DNA of 64,000 nucleotides from Vairimorpha necatrix (taxonomy: Eukaryota), in contig CP142729.1 in NCBI GenBank assembly GCA_036630325.1, positions 434,001 to 498,000 on the forward strand, read 5' to 3'. Within the stretch, counting starts at the first letter, position 1, and every line of letters begins with the position of its first letter. The translations under genes were made by a program, and so were the position numbers. The notes beneath the pieces were generated by a model. It made no database searches. It was not told where the DNA came from and was given only the letters and a program-made list of their open reading frames with translations. Shown here in pieces: positions 11,128-21,898 of the stretch.

Positions 11128-12784
11128 GAAGGGGATGGAAGAAAATACGCAAGTGATCAATATAGAGTCCACACTATACAAATACAAAGGAAGTACAGTG
11201 AATCGAAAAGGCAAGGAACGGACTATACTTAGATTAAACTCCAATGTATAAATATTATAAGATCAAACTCCAATGTTTAAATTTCAAAAGACAAAGCTCG
11301 AATATTCATATGCCATAAGAGAAGACATAAAACAGAGTACAATAAAATCAAAAATAGTAATATTAGTCGTGTTACAGTTCCCACAAGACTAAGTTAATGC
11401 ATATTTCATGTCGAGGCTACAATATTTTTTTTATCTGTCAAAAATTTCACATATCTTTTGTAAATTCATGCACTTTTTTCCTTTTTATATTTTTTTACAT
11501 GAATTTGTTTGTTTATAAAAATGCAAATTATTGAGCATTAAAAAGTAGTCTACTAAAATAAAATGTCATATTATAATATATTATCACAATCAAATAATGA
11601 TTATGCCATTGTGATGAACTTTCTAATAGGTTTTTAGATATTTGTGAGTTTTGATGATATAGAATCAGGGAATATTGAAGAACATTAAAAGTTCTGCTTT
11701 GAGTTCTTAAATAAGCAAATACACATAGAACAACCTCTATTTAAGTAAGTACTACAGATATGGGAAATAGTGGTGTTGTTACCTAGCAGAAATCTTCATA
11801 ATAGAATTTTAAATCGGACCGAATTGAAAATGAAAGTCCTGGTGATAATTAGTGCTTATGTCTAACAATAACAGAAAGAGGCACTCTTGAGTTTCACCAA
11901 GGAAAAACGATGTCAGTTGTCATTCTAGTCCTTTCATCTTAAGAAGACAGTTTCTTGTTGTATTATCATATGCGATGATAATGAATAGAGCCCAAATACA
12001 GTCCTTTAATAAGGTATTGATGTATAATTATTATATAAAGCTCTGTTTAGAACAAAAACTTGAAAATCAAGGTGGAATGAAAGAAGTACAATACCAAGGA
12101 TGTAGTACGTAGAGCTATTAGGCTCTTAAGAGCCAGAAGATGATATTTTTTGCCATGAGCGTACAGGAACTATTTTAAATTTTCAAGAAAAATGGATGTT
12201 CAGAAATCTACGAGATGGTAGAATGCGCCGTGGGCGTATAAAAACCATGTCTTTTTTATATAAAATTTGTAATGTGTAAAATAGATACCAATGAAAATAT
12301 ATAATTTTCATTCTCGAAACATAAGCATACGCTAATTAAATCTATAAAAAAATAGAATGCAAATTAAACCATAAAGTATACACACATATTATTTTCAAAA
12401 TGGGCTATTAAGTTCACATTTACTTCCACACATTGAGAATAAAAAGTTCTATAGTACTAAAATTATGGGGTAAAATTTAATATTATTTTTTTACAATATA
12501 AGTAGTTAGATTTAGATTCTATAAAAAACAGAGTAAAATGTATTAAAATGAAGCACACACATATAATTATTAAAAATAAAATTTTAAATTTATATTTGCT
12601 ACTATTTAAGAATAATAAGATTAAAATATATAATTATTAAAATATAAAAAGTATTAATATTATTCTTATAATATAAGTAGAATACTAAATGTATTTTTTA
12701 GTTTTTTTTGTGCTCTCCTTTTTTTTTGTTTTGACCAATGAAACATTAAGTTTATAAAAATATTTTTCAAAGGGGTACACAAAA

Positions 12785-13255
12785 ATGGAATCTAATCTTT
12801 TGATGAATGAAGAGTCGCTTAAGACGATGTTAAAAGGAATGGCAGTGGTACTCGCCATGCTGCCCACTCTAATAGGCGTGGCTTATGGCCTGGTACACGG
12901 GGCTACTGGGATCTGTAAGGCGGCAGATTATTCAGTAGATCTTATTCATGCTATCATGCCCATGGGCTTTATTTCTGCCCCGTCTATCTTTTCTATTATC
13001 ATGTTCTTTTATATTACAGTTACTAAAGTGACTTCTATTAATCACGGGATAAGAATGTTAGTATCTTGCACTATACAAGGAGTAGGGAATTGTTTCGGGG
13101 CTTATTGCATAGGGAAAATGGCTTGTAGTGCTTCAGTCACTAAAGCGCAGCAGAAGAAGTTTAATGGGTCATTTTTCCTTATAATGGTGTTTGGAGAGAT
13201 TGTTGCTTTATTTTCACTAGTGGGAGGAATGATATTCCTGAGTTTAGGAGCATAA
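12785..13255 (+). CDS. V-type ATPase proteolipid (c-ring) subunit
   Basis: Four hydrophobic segments, with the conserved Glu in TM4 (FLIMVFGEIVALFSLV). Confidence 0.85.
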   Translation: MESNLLMNEESLKTMLKGMAVVLAMLPTLIGVAYGLVHGATGICKAADYSVDLIHAIMPMGFISAPSIFSIIMFFYITVTKVTSINHGIRMLVSCTIQGVGNCFGAYCIGKMACSASVTKAQQKKFNGSFFLIMVFGEIVALFSLVGGMIFLSLGA

Positions 13256-13461
13256 CTTTAATAAAACATTAGATTTATAATAATATTTTAAATATATATA
13301 TTAGATTTATAATAGATTATAAATATTAGAATTTATTTATATTAGATTTTATTTATATATATATATATATCTTTAATATTAGATTTATTTTACAGAGCAT
13401 ATATATAAAAGAATTTTATTTATATTATAAATATTATATTTTATATATATTAGATTTTATA

Positions 13462-13863
13462 TTATATTATTATGTTTCTGTTTATTATCTCTAATAATTC
13501 ATAATACTCATTACAAATATATTTCTTATCTCTACAAATATTTAATAACTTCTTCCCTTTTATAAACTCCTTCTTCTCTGTCAGATTCCTTATATATAAA
13601 AGTAATACTCTTCTATACTTAAATATATCATATTTCTCAATATCTAAATCTTTATACTTAGTCAGGAAATTATAAAGAGCAGATTCTTTAATTTGATTAA
13701 GCACTTTACAATTCTCCTCATGCTCGAGCTGGAGACTGAAGATCTCATCTAACTTATTCAGATCTAAAAGATATCTATAATAAACAGACTTGATACTTCT
13801 ACGCTCTCTGACAATAGACTGCATTTTCTTCTTACTAGTCTCTTTATTTAGAGGAGTAAACAT
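13462..13863 (-). CDS. Hypothetical protein (133 aa)
   Basis: ATG with an upstream CCC motif; no family recognised. Confidence 0.7.
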   Translation of the reverse strand: MFTPLNKETSKKKMQSIVRERRSIKSVYYRYLLDLNKLDEIFSLQLEHEENCKVLNQIKESALYNFLTKYKDLDIEKYDIFKYRRVLLLYIRNLTEKKEFIKGKKLLNICRDKKYICNEYYELLEIINRNIII

Positions 13864-13878
13864 TAAAAAAGGGCTTTA

Positions 13879-14010
13879 TTACTTTTTAGAAATAAAATAA
13901 ATATTTTTACAGAAAAATGTACTGAAAGATTTCTCTTTTTCTGGTTTGACATCTTTAGAAGATTTCTGCATGAATTTTAAGCCTTTCAATTTTTCACTTA
14001 GTTCGGACAT
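13879..14010 (-). CDS. Miniature MPP6-like exosome cofactor (43 aa; absent from the ORF track)
   Basis: Hand translation gives MSELSEKLKGLKFMQKSSKDVKPEKEKSFSTFFCKNIYFISKK*. LSxxLxxLKFMQ resembles the conserved MPP6 N-terminal motif. Start context is ACCCTTAAAATG. Confidence 0.65.
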   Translation of the reverse strand: MSELSEKLKGLKFMQKSSKDVKPEKEKSFSTFFCKNIYFISKK

Positions 14011-14415
14011 TTTAAGGGTAAGAAAAAAAATAATATCATTTATTGGATTAATTTGTATTAGACTTGAAAATGTAAAAGTATTTTATTTATATTTGTAGTT
14101 ATATTTGTGTTCTCCTTTAAACACGCTAAAAAACAAGAAAAAAGGGGAAGCTTATATTTAACTTGTTATGTAAACATAACATGACATGATTTTATTTACT
14201 TTTATAATTGATTCAATCTGTTTCTACCAATAGAATGTTTCTATCAAAAAGAGAAAACATCTTTAAACTATATAAAGAAAAAATATCTAAATAAAACATG
14301 TTACCATTTAAGAATATTCCAACTTCACTCATAGACTATTATTTAAGATAACTCTATAGTCTTTTTTATGTCTTTAATCAAAATGTAAAAAAACAAGTAA
14401 ATTTTATTTTGTTTT

Positions 14416-16053
14416 TTATTTCTTCATCTTTTTAGCTCTTTTGTCTTTTTTAAGTCTTCGGTCAAAATGTAAAAGTCGTCCTTTTCCTTTAGGTATCCCA
14501 CAAGATCCTTTCTTAGGAAACACAATCCTGGGTGTAGTCTTAGTCTTCTTATACTCCTTCCTATAAATCTCTTTTGCTACAACTCGTTCTTCATCACTCT
14601 CTTCTATTATCATATCCTTCATAAACTTCTCAGCTCTTCTTTCTGCTCTAGTTTTCCTTCTTAAAAGTGCTTCTTTCTCTTTCTTGGTCAATTTATTTTC
14701 ATTACTTTTACTTGGTCGAGAAGAACATTTTTGATCTTCTCTCAAATAATTAGGCAATTTCTCCTCTGGATCTGTCCAGTATCTATCAACTGTACTTTCT
14801 ATAAAATCTGTGGGATTGTCTTTATATCTGGCAATACATAACATTTCTTCTTCGTCAATATCAAGGGAATCTGAACAACTTTCCATTTCTATTTCTTCTT
14901 TTTTTATATCTTGTTTTATAACTTCATTTGTATCATCTTCTAAAAGCATATTTTTGAACATGTCGTCCTCATAAAACCCATCAATAGAACAAAGTGTCTG
15001 TTTATCAATCTTCTGAACTTTTTTCATTTTATTTAATTCATTATCAATTTCTTTAATTTTTTCCTCTACTGTTAATGTAACCATCTCAAAATCTTCTTCA
15101 TATTCACTTTCTTCTTCATTTTCTTTTAAAAAATCTAATACTGGTATTTGTAATTTGTTTGATTTCACATCTCTAATAATTTGTTTTTTCTTTTGTAAAA
15201 TTTTTTTTAAATCACCTTTATTCAATATTTTCAAATCTTTTATTAAATATAAAAATTCTTCATCAAAATCTATTTCTAAATCATTTTCAATTTCTGTTAT
15301 TTTATTAATTATTTCTGGATCTGAAGATCTAATAAATTCAGACATTTTAATTTTCGTATATTTGTATTCATCGAAATCATTTTCAATATTTTTAAAAATT
15401 TTTTCATATGACAATTCTTCTTCATTAAAATTTTTTATACCTCTGTATTCTAAACAAACAACGAAAATCTCAGCACTTTGTGATCTACTACTTAATGGTT
15501 TTGTAGCTTCTACTTTTTTAAACATTTTGTTTAACAAATTGATTAAAGAATCGTAATCATCAGATCTGAAAATTTTAGTGACAAATGTACCGCCTTCTCT
15601 TAAAAAAATTGATGATAATTGTAAAGAATAAAAAACTAGAAGATTTTGATTAAAAGCATCATTTTCCCATGATGTACCAACATTTGGTGCGCCATCGTGT
15701 AAAATAACGTCAGCTTGTCTTAATTCTGTGTCGCTTAACATTCCATACAATCTTTTTCTACATTCGTCAGATGTAATGTCACAGACGAACGAGTCGACAT
15801 CGCCAATATATTTTATTGGATCTAAATCTATGCCTATGATTTTACGAGGTCTTGGCATTTCTTGAGCTGCTACTTGTAACCACCCGCCTGGTGCAGCACA
15901 TAAATCTATAAGAATTTTTGCGTCTTTAAGAAAACCATATTTTTTATTGAGTTGGAGTAATTTGAAAGCAGATCTTGCTCTGTATCCCTTTTCTTTGGCG
16001 AGATTGTAATATTTATCTAAACGCTGTTTACCCAGAGATCTATTTTTTGACAT
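14416..16053 (-). CDS. SPB1: 25S rRNA 2'-O-methyltransferase Spb1
   Basis: GKQRLDKYYNLAKEKGYRARSAFKL, DLCAAPGGWLQVA, HDGAPNVG and SRSQSAEIF, with C-terminal DRRLKKDKR. Confidence 0.97.
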   Translation of the reverse strand: MSKNRSLGKQRLDKYYNLAKEKGYRARSAFKLLQLNKKYGFLKDAKILIDLCAAPGGWLQVAAQEMPRPRKIIGIDLDPIKYIGDVDSFVCDITSDECRKRLYGMLSDTELRQADVILHDGAPNVGTSWENDAFNQNLLVFYSLQLSSIFLREGGTFVTKIFRSDDYDSLINLLNKMFKKVEATKPLSSRSQSAEIFVVCLEYRGIKNFNEEELSYEKIFKNIENDFDEYKYTKIKMSEFIRSSDPEIINKITEIENDLEIDFDEEFLYLIKDLKILNKGDLKKILQKKKQIIRDVKSNKLQIPVLDFLKENEEESEYEEDFEMVTLTVEEKIKEIDNELNKMKKVQKIDKQTLCSIDGFYEDDMFKNMLLEDDTNEVIKQDIKKEEIEMESCSDSLDIDEEEMLCIARYKDNPTDFIESTVDRYWTDPEEKLPNYLREDQKCSSRPSKSNENKLTKKEKEALLRRKTRAERRAEKFMKDMIIEESDEERVVAKEIYRKEYKKTKTTPRIVFPKKGSCGIPKGKGRLLHFDRRLKKDKRAKKMKK

Positions 16054-16337
16054 TTAACGGTATTAAAAAATAAGAAAAATTATAAAAAAAATTTAAAACG
16101 GAAAATACTATAATATTGTGTATATTGAATAATATTTAATAATGGTACGTTTAGATATTAATTTACAATTTTTTAAGATGGCTATAGTTTTTCTATGTTA
16201 CATATTATATAAAAGTTAGTAATCTTACAAAATTTAATCGATTTAAGTAATTAAAAGCTATATCAATTAACAAGATTGAATGTAGAAAAATCTAAGTACA
16301 CATTAATCCAACCAAAAAAAAATGCAAAGATATTTTT

Positions 16338-17084
16338 TTAAGAGTTAAAATATTTATTAATTTCTTTTTTAAATTCTACACTTCGCTTTTTACCATTTTG
16401 TGGTCGAGTATAAAATTTGCATATTTCACTTTTCTTATATCCTTTTTCCAATAAATAATTTATAAACTTAGTAATATTTTCATATTTCTTATATTTCTCA
16501 ATATAATTCTCAAAACTTCCCAAAATATTTTTTATATTAATTTTTTCTATCACATGATCTAGCTTATTAAAATCATCTTCTGACTCTTTTAAAAGTTTAT
16601 AAAACATTTCTTCATTGTTAACATCTCCTGTTTCTACTGGCAAGAAATCTGAATAAATCGTACTTTGTGTAGAAATATTTTTAATAATTTCCAAATTAAG
16701 TTTATGATCTCGTACAATACTTTTTAGTCCACACGCTAGACATTCCATTTTGAGCGACGTATCGAAAACAAAAAATGTTTCGGGATTTTCACAGTTATAA
16801 CATAACACGAAATGATCTATAAAATCATAAATTATATTTTGCATTTTCATTTGATCGTGTTTTCCACTGATAATGAACTTACCATCATGTTTTGTTTGTA
16901 AAGATAATGTATATGAAAAATATTTCAAAATTATATCTGATTTTCTACTAAGAGACCTTGAAATATCATCAAGATTTACAAGTATAGTTTTTACACCTGT
17001 GTTCTTTCCTTCATATTTGATAATTAAACTTGGCATTTTGTATCTGAAATGAATGTCTTGAATATTTTTGTTTATCGGTATCAT
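16338..17084 (-). CDS. TIF5: Translation initiation factor eIF5
   Basis: FRYKMP, KYEGK..GVKTILVNL and FVLC..CENPET...CLACG zinc ribbon. Confidence 0.93.
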   Translation of the reverse strand: MIPINKNIQDIHFRYKMPSLIIKYEGKNTGVKTILVNLDDISRSLSRKSDIILKYFSYTLSLQTKHDGKFIISGKHDQMKMQNIIYDFIDHFVLCYNCENPETFFVFDTSLKMECLACGLKSIVRDHKLNLEIIKNISTQSTIYSDFLPVETGDVNNEEMFYKLLKESEDDFNKLDHVIEKINIKNILGSFENYIEKYKKYENITKFINYLLEKGYKKSEICKFYTRPQNGKKRSVEFKKEINKYFNS

Positions 17085-17157
17085 TCATAAAATTATGGGC
17101 TATAAAAAATAAAAAATTTTATAAATGAAAAAAAAATTAGAATAATTTTTTTTTCAT

Positions 17158-17394
17158 TTAATAGAAATGATTTCTTGGATTATAAAATTCGCCGTGTTGT
17201 TTGTTTTTATTATTTAAAAAGTTCATTGTTTTACGGTATGTTTCTGAAGATGTCATAAGTAGCATTTTCTCATCGTTTTTAGATTCTTTGTCTTTGCAGT
17301 TATTTAAACATTCACCAACACAATCACACACATTGCAATAGACGCAGTCGTACTCGTCACATCCTGAACACTCTTCATTTTCATAGTAAGCCAT
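17158..17394 (-). CDS. Small Cys/acidic-rich protein (78 aa), possibly metal-binding
   Basis: Eight Cys in CSGCDEYDCVYCNVCDCVGECLNNC; CCCC motif upstream of the ATG. Confidence 0.65.
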   Translation of the reverse strand: MAYYENEECSGCDEYDCVYCNVCDCVGECLNNCKDKESKNDEKMLLMTSSETYRKTMNFLNNKNKQHGEFYNPRNHFY

Positions 17395-17710
17395 TGTTTA
17401 TAAAAGGGGTAGTTTTTTATTTATATGTTATCTGACCAATAATAAATAAACAACAAATCAAATGTATCAAAAAAATGATGTAAACCATAAACCTCCTTAA
17501 ATGACAATAATTTTGTAATGTACTAGATTTTTCATGGTTTTTTAACTAAATATTTTGACTCTATTTATATATCAAGTAAATTAAAATATAAAAATATTTA
17601 ATTTTTTATCAAAGATTATTTTAAACCATAATACTCGTGGTTTAAATTCCCAAAATTTTTATAAAATTAATATCGTTATTTAATTAAAAAGTTTATAAAT
17701 AAAAATCTTT

Positions 17711-18898
17711 TTATTGTTTCCTATTTAAGCGTAAATGCGCATCCATGAGCGTGTTATTTGTAAGTGCACACATCCCAGAAATCTCACCCGCCAAAACCGC
17801 AGACGCAACAACTAATGCTAAATAATTAGAAGAACCACTTAAATCACGTTCATCTGTATTAAAGTTAGGAAGACCTTCAAATTGTTTAAATAAAGAATTC
17901 GCTGGCTCAAGATGTGTTCCTCCTCCAATTGTCCCTACTACAATAGAAGGCATCAATAAATTAATCTCTAATACTTCTTCAGATATTTTTTTCATATCAA
18001 TTATACAATTAGAAGATTCTATCACATGTCCTAAATCTTGATTAAATGCTAAAAATGTAGCTGCTACATAATTCGATGCTTGACAATTAAACCCTCCTAA
18101 AATTATACTACCTCCTAATACTATTTTAGTATGATACATATTAAGTAAATCATTTATACTAACTTTCATAATCGATAAAAGGTCAGATTCATTAATTCGT
18201 AAATTTAAAAAGACTTTTCGTCCTCTACCATTGGCGTAATTTTCTGTTGACCACTTTTTATCAGTGCAAATATTCGCACTTAGAGTAATTAATTTGACTT
18301 CATTAAATAAATCGTGAATAGCGTCGATTATTTGATTGGCTGCTTTAGTAATCATGTTCATCCCCATAGCATCGCCAGTATACGCACATATTTTGATAAA
18401 TACGACACTACCGAATACATTCTTACTTTCTATAGATTTGATTTTACAAAATCTACTATTTTTTTCGCCTGCTTTTTTTAATATTTCAAGATTTTTTTCA
18501 TTTTTTAGCCATTTATAAAAATTTAGTGCAGATGTAAAATTTTTAAACTCAATGGCGAAGCTTCTAGTGATTCCTATGTTTTCTACGTGGCCCGTTATTC
18601 CTTGACTTTTATTAATAAGTTTAATGCCACGACACATAGAAGCGACAAGCGCCCCTTCGAATGTACAAATAGGAATATAAAATTCCTGATTATTTATTTT
18701 AATAGGTGTATGAGACATTCCTATAGGTACTTTTCTGTATCCTAAAATGTTTTCACAACATCTGTTATATATTTCAGTAAAATCGTCATCATAAATTATA
18801 CCTTTAAGATTAATATTTTTACTAGTACTCATTTCTCTCCTAATTTCTTCGGATCTTTTTTTAACTAAGTCGTTAATTTTACTATTTTCAGAATTCAT
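17711..18898 (-). CDS. HMG1: HMG-CoA reductase, class I, catalytic domain only
   Basis: CCENILG, TFEGALVAS, TGDAMGMNM, NICTDKK, VGTIGGGT, VLAGEIS and the C-terminal catalytic His (AHLRLNR). Confidence 0.96.
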   Translation of the reverse strand: MNSENSKINDLVKKRSEEIRREMSTSKNINLKGIIYDDDFTEIYNRCCENILGYRKVPIGMSHTPIKINNQEFYIPICTFEGALVASMCRGIKLINKSQGITGHVENIGITRSFAIEFKNFTSALNFYKWLKNEKNLEILKKAGEKNSRFCKIKSIESKNVFGSVVFIKICAYTGDAMGMNMITKAANQIIDAIHDLFNEVKLITLSANICTDKKWSTENYANGRGRKVFLNLRINESDLLSIMKVSINDLLNMYHTKIVLGGSIILGGFNCQASNYVAATFLAFNQDLGHVIESSNCIIDMKKISEEVLEINLLMPSIVVGTIGGGTHLEPANSLFKQFEGLPNFNTDERDLSGSSNYLALVVASAVLAGEISGMCALTNNTLMDAHLRLNRKQ

Positions 18899-19150
18899 TT
18901 TAGGGTAACGGGAAATTAAAATTTATTTAATGTAAACACATCAATCAAAAAGTCATTTGTGAATATTTGTTTATAAATTCTTCGAAATTTAATATACGTA
19001 CTAAATAAACCTAAAAAAACATATTAAAATTATAAAAAAAATACATTCTTTTAGAGGAAAAAAGATCTTATAATGTACTATTTTTTATTTATAAATCATT
19101 AAAATGTAAAGATTAATTGATTTTTGACATTTGTATTCATGTTTCTCATT

Positions 19151-19342
19151 TTACGAATCATCAAACATCCATGACATTCTTTCTGAATCTTCATTATTCA
19201 AAATATTTCGCACATGTTCTTCTTTTTTACTTTCTTCATAAGAACTTATCTTCTGATTAGCTCTATTTATCTTTGCTACTTCTTTCTGTGTTTCATATCT
19301 GCTTGGGTGCCATTTCTTTTTACAATTTATGTTTATAGACAT
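19151..19342 (-). CDS. CWC25: Minimal Cwc25/Cir_N-domain splicing factor (63 aa)
   Basis: N-terminal ININCKKKWHP (cf. LNxKKxWHP) and RMSWM (cf. RLxWMY). Start context is ACCCCTAAGATG. Confidence 0.75.
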   Translation of the reverse strand: MSININCKKKWHPSRYETQKEVAKINRANQKISSYEESKKEEHVRNILNNEDSERMSWMFDDS

Positions 19343-19419
19343 CTTAGGGGTAAAATATTAAAAAATATATATTAAAAACGGACCAATAAGCACAAACTAA
19401 AAATTATGACAATTATTTC

Positions 19420-20170
19420 TGTTAAAGACAATTGTAAGTTAAGGGTTAAATTTATTAAATCTATATTCTCAACATCCCCGAACTAAAATTTGGAACTGAG
19501 TAATGTAATTATTTTTTACTACTTCCTACGCCTACTACTGGGCTCTCAAAATAAAAGTGCATTTTTATGTTAACTGACGATGCGCTGCGCTTTACTCTAC
19601 CGCGTCTTACTAACCCTTCTAGTACTGGTCTCCGAGGTACTTTCTTCCCCTGTTTTAATACATGTAGTCTATGGGCATGTGATAATTCTTTACACATGTC
19701 TTCCAAACAATGAAATCGATTTTTTTCCGTCTATCTCATCCTTCGACTATAACACAGTTTCTTTTTGATTTCTTCTCTTTTTAAATCTCTCTGGATTTTT
19801 AACACTATTAATTCAACTATCTTGCCACGATAGCTTTAATGTGAATAGTGGGATTACCACTACACTCAATCTCGACAACTCTTATGCCAGATCTTATTAC
19901 AGCCAATACTGTTTCTCCATAGCTCTTTATAGCTACTTTACGTCTTCACCTATCCGGGTCTTCGACTGATGCAGGCCTCATCCTTCTCTTCTGTTAGACA
20001 ACCAACCATCCCCATTCTAACCTAGACTGCATTTTTTTTTACGTCTCATGCTTCGGCGGAACTTACGACCTCTTCTTTTGTTTTTGTTTGGGTTCAATAA
20101 TTTTATTCTCCACCATGTTAAAGACAATTGTAAGTTGAGGGTTAAATTTATTAAATCTATATTCTCAACA
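19420..20170 (-). mobile_element. TRIM (non-autonomous miniature LTR retrotransposon), 751 bp
   Basis: 55-bp direct repeats at 19420-19474 and 20116-20170 (1 mismatch, TG...CA ends) with a 5-bp TSD ATTTC on both sides. Minus strand has PBS TGGTGGAGAA and a short purine run CGGGGA before the 3' LTR. No retroelement ORF. Confidence 0.9.
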
Positions 20171-21898
20171 ATTTCTATTATTATTGTATTAATATATTTA
20201 AATTAGATCACTTCATTAATCATAAATTATCATTTAACAAAAGCCTTATGTGCAATTATATTGAGTAATTAAAAACTGATTATATTTTGATTTTATAAAG
20301 TTAATAAACTATTAGAAATCCTATAAATCTTTGTCGGATAATGATAATCTCCTTTAATATATAGCGAACTGTTCATTTTTTCACTAAAAAAATTTTTACT
20401 TGCTTATCATTTTTTATAGTCCGTTGTTCAAAGAAGGTATAGATTGCCAAAATGCATAATTACGTAGTATAAAACATATATAAACAATCTTAGATTTTTT
20501 TATGTGTCATATCTACAAGGTTATAGAATTTTAATATTGAGTTTATTTAACGGTATGATGATTATAAGCATATAAAATAATAGAATTGTGCTTAGCATGG
20601 AAAAATTGTACAGAAGTTATAAAATAATAGTAGTTTTAGTCTTTTCCTATAAAAAAATCGTATCAAATCTTGGATAAAATGCTCGACATTGAATTTTTAA
20701 TGTCAACTAAATTTTTATACTTAAAATTGCAATTGAATTAAGTTTATGAGTTAATTAATGTATAGAATGTAAATCTAAAGTTATACTTTTTATTCGTATT
20801 TTTTTAGTACAATTTGTTTGTCATCGGATTGAATAATCTACGCACTTGTTGTTTTGATACTACAAATTTAAACTATCTTATATTCATAAAATCAAAACAT
20901 AGAAAAAAAATATAATATAAAAAGAAATAGAGAGGTGCGTTTTTCATAAAAAAGAGTTTTTTAAATCGTAAAATATGTTCATAAACTTCAAAAATTCACT
21001 TTTCGGCTTTTTTTAGGTAAAGATTTACTATTTTCGCGTCAATAAAAGTATACTTTAGCTCTATTACATTAGTTATGTAATAATTTAAGTTGCTAAATAA
21101 GAAAAGTTATAACGGGTCAAGTTTGTTAAATACCATAATATTTAACTTTTGGATATTTTTATAGACAACATGTTCTTAGATAAGATTTGCATATTTAACA
21201 GTATTAAATACGCCTCTGCCCGTTTATATTTATCGACCCTATAAATATCTACACACTAATCTTGATTACAAGAGCTAAATTCAAAAAAAAATAAAAAAAA
21301 AACAATATTTTTTTCATTCAACATGGTTACATCATTAGATTATGAACTATGATTAGACGATTAGGTTATATCATCAGTTAAATTTAGCAAAAAACAATAA
21401 AGCTAGCAATTGGATTAAAAATCTAATTTATAACTTATGCTTAAAATTTATATATTTCTATTATATGGGTATATAAAAATTTTCAAACTTTCATATATTT
21501 AGTAGCTAAAAAACAGCACAGACTCGGCTATTTATGTTTTTACAATAAATTATAAATTTTTTAGGACAATATAAAGTTTAAATGTAAATGCATATTATAT
21601 GATTTTATAGAAAAGCAAATGAAATTTAAAAGATATTAATATACTCACATTAGAATGGCCTTTTTTGTTTTTAATTACGATCACAGATTATAATTAACAT
21701 TAAATAAATTTAAAATAGAATTTTTTCACTCATATCAATTGTCATAATATTATTTATAAAGTTTATTTCTCATTTCAAAATTAAACACAAAATATTAGAT
21801 TCTTATAAATCGCGTTCTCTTAATTTTATTAATTTTCCTTTTTTTTCATATTTCTCCTTTTTTTTTCTTCTGACTTTTTCTTAAAGCTCAGCCCCAAA

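Noticed and set aside
7723..11244. ORF-track N-terminal extensions of PRE7, RPL17, APC11 and the Mei2-like gene
   Set aside because: They start at TTG, while the downstream ATGs carry the CCC motif.
11600..12250. Coding-like tract (similar ones at 4050-5150, 41240-42300 and 61350-61830)
   Set aside because: Many stops and no recognisable motif; probably relics, but unassignable.
19509..19768. Short ORFs inside the TRIM (also 46533 and 46846)
   Set aside because: The reading frames are not conserved between the two copies and there are no retroelement motifs.
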